Source: an uncultured Gammaproteobacteria bacterium
GTDB lineage: Bacteria; Patescibacteriota; Microgenomatia; Levybacterales; GWA1-39-11
NCBI GenBank assembly: GCA_964531275.1
Contig: CAZHDZ010000002.1
Location: 58,180-122,179 of the forward strand
Direction of reading: 5' to 3'
DNA length: 64,000 nt
Below are positions 52,346 through 60,745 of this stretch, one piece after another. Numbering within the stretch: the stretch's first letter is position 1; the number at the start of each line of letters is the position of its first letter. The position numbers and the translations under genes were made by a program. The notes beneath the pieces were generated by a model. It saw nothing but the letters and a program-made list of their open reading frames with translations, was not told the DNA's origin and made no database searches.

Positions 52346-52413
52346 AAAAGTTGGCAAGTTCTACTTGCTGGCCGCTTGCAGTTTTTGCAAGCACTCGACC
52401 CCATTTCTTAGAT

Positions 52414-53091
52414 TTAGCCGCTTTGAGTTGCTACTGCACGGTCAATATTCTGAGTGAAGCTGGTTCCACCCTTTTTAGCCATAGCTTGATATCCTTTTTC
52501 GGCTTTTCGTCCTTTGAATAATTTGGCGTATGTCACGCCATCTTGCACCTTATCTCTCATCTTTATAACTAACTTCAAAAATCCCTCATAGAAGGTAAGG
52601 TGATAAACTCCAGGTTTGTCTGGAACATCGTCAATAACTACGTCTTTGAATACATTTTCAAGTTCATCTGATGAATCTTTAAGATTTCTAAGTTCTGCAA
52701 GAATTTGTTCTAATTGTTGTTTTATACCAAGAGATGCTTCGTCTGATTTTCGTCCTTCAGTTGCACCCTTGAATTCAGCGAAATACTGCATATGCTCTGC
52801 AGTAACTTCTACTTTTTGATGAGATTCGCTACCGTCATGAGATTCTTCTTTTTTATGTCCACCAACTGAGTGTGCCTCACCGTGCTTGAGTTCAATTCCG
52901 AAAACTTGGTTGATAACGACATTGAATTCAGTCTTTGCTTCACCTGCAACAACTTTTTGTGCAGTTTTAATTGCTTCCGTGTCTACAATCTTGGGTTTTT
53001 TTGCAGATTCAAAGAACTTCTTAAAAATAGAAGTTGCGTCGTGAATCCTTTCCTCTCCAGTGTATTTGGGTGTTCCCCCTTGTTTTTTCAT
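52414..53091 (-). CDS. Hypothetical Lys/Glu-rich protein (225 aa).
   Basis: Clean ORF. A tandem-repeat promoter region lies upstream. Confidence 0.5.
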   Translation of the reverse strand: MKKQGGTPKYTGEERIHDATSIFKKFFESAKKPKIVDTEAIKTAQKVVAGEAKTEFNVVINQVFGIELKHGEAHSVGGHKKEESHDGSESHQKVEVTAEHMQYFAEFKGATEGRKSDEASLGIKQQLEQILAELRNLKDSSDELENVFKDVVIDDVPDKPGVYHLTFYEGFLKLVIKMRDKVQDGVTYAKLFKGRKAEKGYQAMAKKGGTSFTQNIDRAVATQSG

Positions 53092-53181
53092 TGCCGTTTC
53101 TGCCTAAATCGACACCGATATTATACCACCTAAGTTCAAATTTATCAATTCAAATCATGAAATGCAAGTAACAGAATAGTA

Positions 53182-53275
53182 AGAAATTATATCTATTCTG
53201 TTGACGCAAGCTTCGCTTACGTTAAGAAATTATATCTATTCTGTTGACGCAAGCTTCGCTTACGTTAAGAAATTC
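53182..53275. repeat. 43-bp tandem direct repeat (2.2 copies).
   Basis: Unit AGAAATTATATCTATTCTGTTGACGCAAGCTTCGCTTACGTTA recurs at 53182 and 53225 with a partial third copy. Each unit carries a TATAAT on the minus strand and the 14-nt motif GCAAGCTTCGCTTA. Confidence 0.85.
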
Positions 53276-53333
53276 TTAAAATAATAAGGGTTTTTCATCG
53301 TCTACACTCAACTGACGAGAAAAACAGGTTGAA

Positions 53334-54221
53334 TTAAAGTGTGCTGAGGAAGGTGACGGTCTTTTGCTGACGGATAATTGATGCTACTAAATAAGGGTTT
53401 TTCATAATTTCTTCTCTTTCGGTAGGATTTTCAATAGAAGCCAGTGCCTTTTCAATATCTTCTTTATCTACAGTTATTTTCTCTTCATCTGCTATTTTTC
53501 TTAATAAAAATTCTAATTTGAGATCGTTTTCTGCCTTTAGCTTGTATTCATCTCTTAATTTTTCAGCATCAATATTTTTAGATGAAAGATATTGTTCTAG
53601 GGTTAATCCGAGCTTTTTGAGTTCATCTAGCATTTGTGAGAGAAGGCGTGATGTCTCGCTTTCAACAAGCACATCAGGGATAGTGATTTTTGCGGCTTTT
53701 AGTGCTGCCTCCAATATTCCATCAAGGTCTACCTTGCTTTCCTCTTTACCAGGTACAAGGATTTTTGATTTTGCTGTTACTTTTGCTATTTCTTCTTTGT
53801 ATTTGCCCAGTTCAACCATTGGTTCTTCGCAGGTTTGAGCTGTAAATTGAATATCAGTACCTTCAGTAAAAATTTCAATATGAATTTGAGGGCTAATTAT
53901 TGGAGTTAGTTTGTGTTTTGTAATAGCCTCATTGTAGGCAACTCCTACGACTTTCTTAAGAACCTCTTCTTTTACAAGTTCTGGATTGAGTCTTGCCTTT
54001 GCGACATTTTTTGGAGCCTGTCCTGGTCTAAATCCTGCGATCTTAACGCTTTTAATCAGTTCATTTTCAATTGCATCCTGTGCTTTTTGAGCTTGAGTCC
54101 ATGGCACAACAATAGTTAGTTCAAGAGTGCCGTCATCCTTTCGGATCAACCCCTCTTTTCTAGGAGAGTGATCGTGCGCCTGATTTTCGCTTTGTGTAGC
54201 AGGTTTGTCTGATTTAGCCAT
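53334..54221 (-). CDS. tig: Trigger factor, short form: ribosome-binding N-domain plus C-domain, no PPIase domain.
   Basis: Signature GFRPGQAPKNV in the N-domain. It is 295 aa, whereas canonical trigger factor is ~430 aa. Confidence 0.7.
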   Translation of the reverse strand: MAKSDKPATQSENQAHDHSPRKEGLIRKDDGTLELTIVVPWTQAQKAQDAIENELIKSVKIAGFRPGQAPKNVAKARLNPELVKEEVLKKVVGVAYNEAITKHKLTPIISPQIHIEIFTEGTDIQFTAQTCEEPMVELGKYKEEIAKVTAKSKILVPGKEESKVDLDGILEAALKAAKITIPDVLVESETSRLLSQMLDELKKLGLTLEQYLSSKNIDAEKLRDEYKLKAENDLKLEFLLRKIADEEKITVDKEDIEKALASIENPTEREEIMKNPYLVASIIRQQKTVTFLSTL

Positions 54222-54270
54222 GAAGGGAATTCTACCAAATACAGTCCTTAATGTCTAGATCTGAGGCTAA

Positions 54271-55212
54271 TTACTCCTGCCACAGCTGTAGTAGTCCAAA
54301 AAAAATGAAGAGTGCGATAAGAATAAAACCTTCTTTTCGTGACAACTCTTTTTTACTTCGTGCAAAAAAGAAAAATATCAAAAGTCCTACAACAAGCATT
54401 GCAAATGCGGGCAGAAAGTGCTCTGTAACAACTGCTGTTTTGCTGTAGATAATACCGAAAAGACCAAATAATAACGTATTTGCGGCCGCGCTTCCCACAT
54501 AATCTCCAAAAGCTACATCCTTTTTTCCTGAAATAACAGCCTTTATTGCAAGTGACAACTCAGGAAGATTTGTGCCAAAAGAAAGCAGAATAAGACTAAT
54601 AAAAAAGGGTGAAATGGTAAAAAAGTCAGCAAAGTACAGCGCACCCTCAACTATATAGTGGCTTGCAACAAACACTAGCCCCACACCGAAAAGGACATTA
54701 AATATGTCTTTCAATGAATACGAATTTGAATTGAGAAATGCTTGATTGGCTGTATCCAGAACGCCCTTCTCTCGTTGTATTAGGAAAACAAGAGCAATGT
54801 ATAAAGCTATAAGTACTATTGACTCAAAGACACTAACAGTGCCGTCAAGAACAAAAAAAGCAGGCGTTAACATTACAAAAAAAGAGAAAAAAAGGTTTTT
54901 TTGACTAATGCTTTTATGAAATTTGAGGCCATTTCCAAATATAGCAAGAAGGGGTATTACAAATAAGAAGAGTACAGGAACACCACCGATTAAATTCCCC
55001 ATATAAATTGTAGGTTTGCCTTCGCTAATTGCAGTCATTCCTACAGCAAATTCAGGTGTTGAGGTAAGAATTCCAAGTACCAAAAAAGAAAAAGCAAAGG
55101 AGGAGATTTTGAGCTTCTTGGAAAAATGATCTGCTGACGCAACAATTTTCCCAGCGCCATACCAAATCATGACAAAAGAGCCTAAGAAGACGAGAAGCTG
55201 GAGAATGGGCAT
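54271..55212 (-). CDS. CaCA-family cation/Ca2+ antiporter (YrbG-like).
   Basis: Two alpha-repeats, the second carrying GTNLPELSLAI. 10 TM helices. 313 aa. Confidence 0.75.
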   Translation of the reverse strand: MPILQLLVFLGSFVMIWYGAGKIVASADHFSKKLKISSFAFSFLVLGILTSTPEFAVGMTAISEGKPTIYMGNLIGGVPVLFLFVIPLLAIFGNGLKFHKSISQKNLFFSFFVMLTPAFFVLDGTVSVFESIVLIALYIALVFLIQREKGVLDTANQAFLNSNSYSLKDIFNVLFGVGLVFVASHYIVEGALYFADFFTISPFFISLILLSFGTNLPELSLAIKAVISGKKDVAFGDYVGSAAANTLLFGLFGIIYSKTAVVTEHFLPAFAMLVVGLLIFFFFARSKKELSRKEGFILIALFIFFGLLQLWQE

Positions 55213-55262
55213 GCAATTAGTATAGTTGAAACTAAAACTTTAAGACAAGAAGGGAGGGGCTG

Positions 55263-55368
55263 GTGCCCGAGAGAGTGGTTCGACAGGCTCACCATTTGAA
55301 AAGAGTTCTTAATAAGTGCCCGAGAGAGTGGTTCGACAGGCTCACCATTTGAAAAGAGTTCTTAATAA
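55263..55368. repeat. 53-bp tandem repeat (2 copies), each starting with the last 12-13 nt of tRNA-Leu(TAG).
   Basis: GTGCCCGAGAGAGTGGTTCGACAGGCTCACCATTTGAAAAGAGTTCTTAATAA occurs twice (55263, 55316) and abuts the tRNA 3' end at 55369-55371. Confidence 0.85.
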
Positions 55369-55370
55369 GT

Positions 55371-55453
55371 GCCCGAGAGAGGACTTGAACCTCCACACCA
55401 TTACTGGTACTAGTTCCTAAAACTAGCGTGTATACCATTTCACCACTCGGGCG
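55371..55453 (-). tRNA. tRNA-Leu (anticodon TAG).
   Basis: Anticodon loop TTTAGGA and a long variable arm. Acceptor pairs GCCCGAG/CTCGGGC. Confidence 0.8.
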
Positions 55454-55574
55454 TATCATAGTTGCCGAGTGTAGTGATCACTCGGGCAAAAAACTCAGCC
55501 ATATGGCCGTAAGGGATATTATAACTTAAAAAACGGAGAATTTTAATCACCAACCACTAGCCACCAACCACCAA

Positions 55575-56159
55575 TTAAATAGTTAGCTCCAGGCTGTGCA
55601 TTCCAAGACGTGCATATTCAGCCTCAATTTTATTCATAAAGAATCTAATTCTAGGAGCCCATGTAGGGCTTTCAGAATAAATTGGCGCTATAGACTCAAC
55701 GGTAGTTGCACCACGTGATGCGTACTTTGTTTTAAGGGCACCGAGAACAGTAGTAATACCATCCTCTACAGATTCAAAGTAAATATGACCCCCGCCCCAC
55801 CCATAGGAGTTATGTGATCCAGGCATTTGATGAAGCCCAAAAGATGACTCAAGTCCAGCAATAGCAGGAAGAAGTCTCCAGTCCATTTCATTCTTATCCG
55901 CTTCCTCAATATAGTAAGCAGCATATGGAGCCAAGGGTGAATTATACCGTTCTAATACATTTTGCAGGGCTACTACCCTCATGTCTTTAGACTGAATAGC
56001 CAAGACCTGTGTATTAGGTACAGTTGTTGCTGCAGATACAGTTGCAGCGTTAACCGCAAATATAGCTGTCATTATGAACAGTGTTATGATTTTTTTCATA
56101 TTTGGGAAAACCTTTGGGGGTTGTCCTAAATATGAGTCTTGGTGAAGATCCAAGACCAA
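55575..56159 (-). CDS. Secreted SLT-like (lytic-transglycosylase-like) protein.
   Basis: Signal peptide. Motif LLPAIAGLESSFG resembles the AIAxQESxF catalytic-Glu motif of family-1 lytic transglycosylases. It is a paralog of the next gene. Confidence 0.4.
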   Translation of the reverse strand: MVLDLHQDSYLGQPPKVFPNMKKIITLFIMTAIFAVNAATVSAATTVPNTQVLAIQSKDMRVVALQNVLERYNSPLAPYAAYYIEEADKNEMDWRLLPAIAGLESSFGLHQMPGSHNSYGWGGGHIYFESVEDGITTVLGALKTKYASRGATTVESIAPIYSESPTWAPRIRFFMNKIEAEYARLGMHSLELTI

Positions 56160-56282
56160 AGAGGATTACCAAAAAAAAATCCTAAAGTAGTTTTGGGCTA
56201 CCTTAGGATCTAAAGTGTATTATAGACTATTACTATGAGTCTGTCAAGGGGTAAACTATAGGTTACTTATTGCAGTTTGAGG

Positions 56283-56990
56283 CTAAATTTCGTCTTTGAG
56301 GCGAGTCATTATCATATTTACGGTATTTTCCCACTTCCCAGTGTCTGATGGAGTGTATTTTCTTACAATTTGGGAAGGGGTCTCATAACCCTTTGCGACG
56401 TATTTTTTTGCCAAGGTCTCTGTGATAACTCTAATTGCATGATCATAATCATTAAATCTCGTTACCTTGCCTCCATAAATGCCAAATCCCCAACAGTTAT
56501 TTGAGCCTGAAATAACTTTCTTGCATAGTGTACTTTCTTGCATCGCAATCGCTGGAAGCAATCTGTAGTCGATATTGTGTGAATCAGCCTCCTCTATGAT
56601 TGTCTTGGCATGCCCTTCTAAGGGTGAATTATATTCTGCAAAAAATTCGTCTAAGGCCTCTTCTCTTCCATCTTCTGAAGTAATCTCCACAGTGCTTACA
56701 GCACCTGCTACTGGAACAGCCTGAAATTTCGGCTTATGTTGTTGTCTTGAGATATACCCATTACCCTCGTATTTCACTGAAAGAGAGAAAAGCATGAGTA
56801 TTACGATAAAAAGGGGAATTGCTGAAAGATAGGAAAAAATGAAAAAAGCCTTTTTATATTTGAATTTTGGCGGATTTTGAGGCTCTTGAGGTGAAGGCAA
56901 TTGAGATACTGAAGAATCCTGAACTTCCATAACGTAAATTATCATGTGAAAATATTTAAAGCAAGAATATAAAGTCACTCGTAGTGACAC
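56283..56990 (-). CDS. Membrane-anchored SLT-like protein, paralog of 55575..56159.
   Basis: LLPAIAMQESTLC. Shared NSPL...IIEEAD...D.RLLPAIA block. The real start is probably internal (MEVQDSS...). Confidence 0.4.
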   Translation of the reverse strand: MSLRVTLYSCFKYFHMIIYVMEVQDSSVSQLPSPQEPQNPPKFKYKKAFFIFSYLSAIPLFIVILMLFSLSVKYEGNGYISRQQHKPKFQAVPVAGAVSTVEITSEDGREEALDEFFAEYNSPLEGHAKTIIEEADSHNIDYRLLPAIAMQESTLCKKVISGSNNCWGFGIYGGKVTRFNDYDHAIRVITETLAKKYVAKGYETPSQIVRKYTPSDTGKWENTVNMIMTRLKDEI

Positions 56991-57050
56991 AAACTGATAT
57001 ATAATAATTTTGATTTGCCCGGATGATCGCTACATCCGGGATGAAAGTTG

Positions 57051-57136
57051 GCCCGGATGGTGAAATGGTATACACGCAGTGTTCAGAACGCTGTAAGGCA
57101 AGCCTTGTGGAGGTTCGAGTCCTCTTCCGGGCACCA
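57051..57136 (+). tRNA. tRNA-Leu (anticodon CAG), CCA encoded.
   Basis: Anticodon loop TTCAGAA and a long variable arm. An upstream hairpin at 57017-57040 repeats the tRNA 5' nine nt GCCCGGATG. Confidence 0.8.
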
Positions 57137-57241
57137 AGCTTTGCTTGGTGTAACCTCAGCTTAGCTGAGGCACACTATATAGGCATTCCTTTGCTCGCAA
57201 AAAAGATGGTTTGAGTCCGAGTTTCTCCCTGCCCCAGATGT

Positions 57242-58702
57242 ATGCAGTTCACTTCTTTTAACTTTCTTATTTTCTTCTTAGCCAATGCGTTGATTTTTCA
57301 CCTGTTACCAAAGCAAAAACTGAGAATTGCACTCTTACTTGCCTCAAGTACACTCTTCTATGCCTTCTACAAAGTTGAATATGTTCTCATTATCTTTCTT
57401 ATAGTATTGATCGATTTTTATGGCGGAAAATTTATTAATCAAGCAAAAAAGGCAAAGCATAGGAAGGCGCTTCTTATAGTAGCTATTTCTCTTAATTTGT
57501 TACTTCTTTGTTACTTTAAATACTTTAATTTTTTGCTAGGAACCGTTATGGACTTGTCCCATGTCATTAATGCAGGAGTTAAATTTGACCTCATTTCTTT
57601 ACTTTTACCTCTAGGAATTTCATTTCATACATTTCAAGGACTTAGCTATCTTGTTGAGGTCTATAAAAAAAGATACAAACCCGAGCGCAATATCATGATC
57701 TTTTCCCTATATATACTCTTTTTTCCCCAGCTTGCAGCAGGACCCATAGAGCGTCCGCAGGCACTCATACCTCAATTTAAAATGAAACAAAAATTTAACA
57801 AAGATGAAGCTGCAAGTGGTCTAAGACTTATCTTGTGGGGAGTATTTAAAAAGCTCTTAATAGCAGACAGGATTGCAGTGTTTATAAATCCAATTTTCGC
57901 AAATCCTGCTTCATTTAATGGATTTACCCTTCTTTTAGTTGTTTTTCTCTTCGGTTATCAAATATATTGTGATTTTTCAGGTTATACAGATATGGCACGA
58001 GGAGTTGCACGCTTATTCGGGATAAAGCTTGTAAGAAATTTTAACTACCCATACGCGAGCGCTTCTCCTGCGGAATTTTGGAATAGATGGCATATGTCAC
58101 TCTATTCGTGGTTCCGTGACTACATTTACATTCCCCTTGGTGGGAGCAGAGTCTCCACTATAAAGCGTTACCGTAACATATTGGTTGTTTTTGCACTGAG
58201 TGGATTGTGGCATGGAGCTTCATGGCATTTTGCTATATGGGGGTTATTGAACGGTCTGTATGTGGCCTGCTCTGCTCTTATCAGTAATAAATTAGGGAAG
58301 TTAGAATTTCCAGGGAGAAAATTTCTCTGCATAGCTCTTACCTTTGTATTAATTCAGCTCACATGGGTTTTCTTTAGAGCTTCATCTTTAGGTCAAGCAT
58401 TTAGTATTCTAGAAAGTATATTTTCATCCCTATTAAATTTAGCAGCTTACCCTTCCCAAATTAATCAGGCTCTTGTTAACGTATTCTCAAAAGAAGCAAC
58501 TTTTGGACAAGCAGGAATATTGTTATTTTTAATTGTATTTCTTGAAACGGTGCAATATTTTGCAAGAAATACGCCCATAATTAGTAAATTCCCAAAATAT
58601 CCAATTATTGTTCGGTGGGCAACGTATTATTTATTACTGCTTCTCATAATGTCTCTTGGTGTTGATATTCCTAACGTTAATTTTATTTACTTTACATTTT
58701 AA
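57242..58702 (+). CDS. MBOAT-family membrane-bound O-acyltransferase (AlgI/DltB-like).
   Basis: FWNRWHMSLYSWFRDYIYIPLGG is the conserved MBOAT His motif. 486 aa with ~10 TM helices. Confidence 0.8.
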   Translation: MQFTSFNFLIFFLANALIFHLLPKQKLRIALLLASSTLFYAFYKVEYVLIIFLIVLIDFYGGKFINQAKKAKHRKALLIVAISLNLLLLCYFKYFNFLLGTVMDLSHVINAGVKFDLISLLLPLGISFHTFQGLSYLVEVYKKRYKPERNIMIFSLYILFFPQLAAGPIERPQALIPQFKMKQKFNKDEAASGLRLILWGVFKKLLIADRIAVFINPIFANPASFNGFTLLLVVFLFGYQIYCDFSGYTDMARGVARLFGIKLVRNFNYPYASASPAEFWNRWHMSLYSWFRDYIYIPLGGSRVSTIKRYRNILVVFALSGLWHGASWHFAIWGLLNGLYVACSALISNKLGKLEFPGRKFLCIALTFVLIQLTWVFFRASSLGQAFSILESIFSSLLNLAAYPSQINQALVNVFSKEATFGQAGILLFLIVFLETVQYFARNTPIISKFPKYPIIVRWATYYLLLLLIMSLGVDIPNVNFIYFTF

Positions 58703-59602
58703 ATGGGTTTTATATACAGATTTATTACTTTTTTTGCGATTTTTGGACTTCTTGTGTATCTGATAGTGGGAATTCTGGAATTTTCTGTCGATCTTTATAG
58801 AAATTCCGATATAAGCGTGTTGCATGAGATACGAGAAAATAGAAGTTACGATACGCTTCTTATGGGCACATCTCATGCACGGATGCTTGGGATAAGTGGT
58901 CACAAAAAGGATGTTCAGGATATATTAGGAAAAAAAATTCTTTTGCTTGCCAATAATGGTAGCGGAATTTTGCCTCAAAAATTATACTTGGAGATTTTTT
59001 ATGAGGATTACAATAAAGCTGACACAATTGTCTATTTTATTGATCCCTGGGTCTTTTACAGTAAAGATTGGAATGAAAACAACTACTACATTACAGATGA
59101 GGTTTTTCGATTCGACTATTTAACTAAGATTATCGCGAATAAATTTAGTGGTTCTGTTGTCAAAGAATACTTGCGAAAAAAGCTTTCATATAAGCTTTTT
59201 ATATATCCGATACCAAGATCGATAGTTCATTTAGATTCAATAAATGACAAAGATTATTCAGGTCTTAAAGAATTTCAAAAAGAGAGGGTGAAGCTATGGT
59301 ACCCCCAAGGTACGGACAAACAAAATTTTGAGCGCTATTCTCATGAGCTCGAAAAGATTATTATTCTGGCAAAAAAGAATAATACTAAGGTTGTTTTTAT
59401 TCTTCCCCCTTCTCTCCTTTCGGAATTGCCTGGTCAGAAGGAAGTAACTAGCTATATGAATACGCTTACTAAAAAATACGGTGTATCTTTCCATGATTAT
59501 TCGAAAACTGTTACGGATAGATCTATGTATCTGAATGCAGACCACTTGAATAAGAAAGGGGCGCTTTATTTTACAAAAGAATACTTGCTTAAAATTCTTT
59601 GA
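58703..59602 (+). CDS. MBOAT partner protein (DltD/AlgJ/AlgX-like periplasmic acyl-transfer protein; single N-terminal TM).
   Basis: Start abuts the MBOAT stop (TAAATG). 299 aa. This is the positional analogue of DltD/AlgJ. Confidence 0.45.
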   Translation: MGFIYRFITFFAIFGLLVYLIVGILEFSVDLYRNSDISVLHEIRENRSYDTLLMGTSHARMLGISGHKKDVQDILGKKILLLANNGSGILPQKLYLEIFYEDYNKADTIVYFIDPWVFYSKDWNENNYYITDEVFRFDYLTKIIANKFSGSVVKEYLRKKLSYKLFIYPIPRSIVHLDSINDKDYSGLKEFQKERVKLWYPQGTDKQNFERYSHELEKIIILAKKNNTKVVFILPPSLLSELPGQKEVTSYMNTLTKKYGVSFHDYSKTVTDRSMYLNADHLNKKGALYFTKEYLLKIL

Positions 59603-59663
59603 GTTGTGCTCGCAATTGGTATATATTTAGAATAGATTGTATTAGGAAGGGAGGTGAGAATTT

Positions 59664-60071
59664 ATGATGGGTGTAAATATGTTAGCCGTTCTTGTTTGTG
59701 CGGTTATTAGCATGGTTATTGGTTCTGTTTGGTATGGGCCTCTTTTTGGGAAAAAATGGATGAAGCTCGTTTCTTTTACAAAAGAAGAAATGGAGAAAAA
59801 CAAAAAGGAAATGCCAAAAACATACAGCATGATGTTTGTAGGTTCAATTGTGACTTCGTTCGTGCTTGCTGTAGTTATTGGTATGGCGCCAGAACCTTCT
59901 GCAGCCGCAGGGGTAACCGGTGCTTTTTGGCTCTGGCTAGGATTTATAGTTGCTCCAAAACTTTCTGAAGTGCTTTTTGAAAAGAAGGCTTGGATGCTCT
60001 TCTATATCGAGTGTGGGTATTATCTCGCATTTTTAGCCGTAGCTGGAGTTATTTTAGGTTCTTGGAGGTAG
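59664..60071 (+). CDS. DUF1761-like small membrane protein.
   Basis: WYGPLFGKKWM motif. 4 TM helices. Confidence 0.5.
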   Translation: MMGVNMLAVLVCAVISMVIGSVWYGPLFGKKWMKLVSFTKEEMEKNKKEMPKTYSMMFVGSIVTSFVLAVVIGMAPEPSAAAGVTGAFWLWLGFIVAPKLSEVLFEKKAWMLFYIECGYYLAFLAVAGVILGSWR

Positions 60072-60128
60072 ATACTTAAGATCGTTGCTAAGGATGTGCT
60101 TTTTTAGTACAATAAAGCTCGATCTTTT

Positions 60129-60211
60129 GGGCTTGTGGTGAAATGGTATACACGCAGCCTTGAGGTGGCTGTGCCAGTAATGGTGTGGAGGTTCAAGTCC
60201 TCTCAAGCCCA
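60129..60211 (+). tRNA. tRNA-Leu (anticodon GAG).
   Basis: Anticodon loop TTGAGGT and a long variable arm. Confidence 0.8.
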
Positions 60212-60237
60212 CCGCTTAGTTCAAACCGAAAGTACCA

Positions 60238-60313
60238 GGGTCCTTAGCTCAGCTGGTAGAGCGCTTCATTTACACTGAAGATGTCAGGGGTTCGAGCCCT
60301 CTAGGGCCCACCA
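60238..60313 (+). tRNA. tRNA-Val (anticodon TAC), CCA encoded.
   Basis: GGGTCCTTAGCTCAGCTGGTAGAGCGCTTCATTTACACTGAAG... with anticodon loop TTTACAC. Confidence 0.8.
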
Positions 60314-60377
60314 AGCTTAGCTTGGTGTTAGGTCAGCTTAGCTGACCCACCATCAGGCAAAGTAGTTTGACCAGTAT

Positions 60378-60450
60378 GCCAAGATTGCCAAGTTGGTCAA
60401 GGCGCGTGTCTGAAGAACACGTTATCCGGGTTCGATTCCTGGTCTTGGCA
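60378..60450 (+). tRNA. tRNA-Phe (anticodon GAA).
   Basis: Anticodon loop CTGAAGA; T-arm CCGGG-TTCGATT-CCTGG; acceptor GCCAAGA/TCTTGGC. Confidence 0.75.
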
Positions 60451-60673
60451 CAAAAAAAGTGCATTTTTTTGCACAAAATTGAAATTTAAATAGTTAGCCA
60501 CGCCTTGCGATGGTTAACAAAAGGTGTATACAGAACACCTGCGGCGGTGGCGAAAGTCATATTGAAAATTAAAGAAAAGTGCGACGGTGAGCGGAAGGTG
60601 TTATAAAATGCACCTGCGGCGGTGAGAACCTTGCTTTTAGCAAGGACCTCGCCACCACAAAATTGAAAATTTT

Positions 60674-60745
60674 GCGGCGGTAGTTCAGTGGTAGAACGCT
60701 TCCTTGCCAAGGAAGAGGTCGCCAGTTCAAGTCTGGTTCGCCGCT
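60674..60745 (+). tRNA. tRNA-Gly (anticodon GCC).
   Basis: GCGGCGGTAGTTCAGTGGTAGAACGCTTCCTTGCCAAGGAAG... with discriminator U. Confidence 0.8.

Noticed and set aside
53182-53275. Possibility that the 43-bp or 53-bp (55263-55368) tandem repeats are a CRISPR array.
   Set aside because: There are only 2-2.2 directly abutting copies with no unique spacers, no cas genes in the window, and the units contain promoter elements or tRNA ends.
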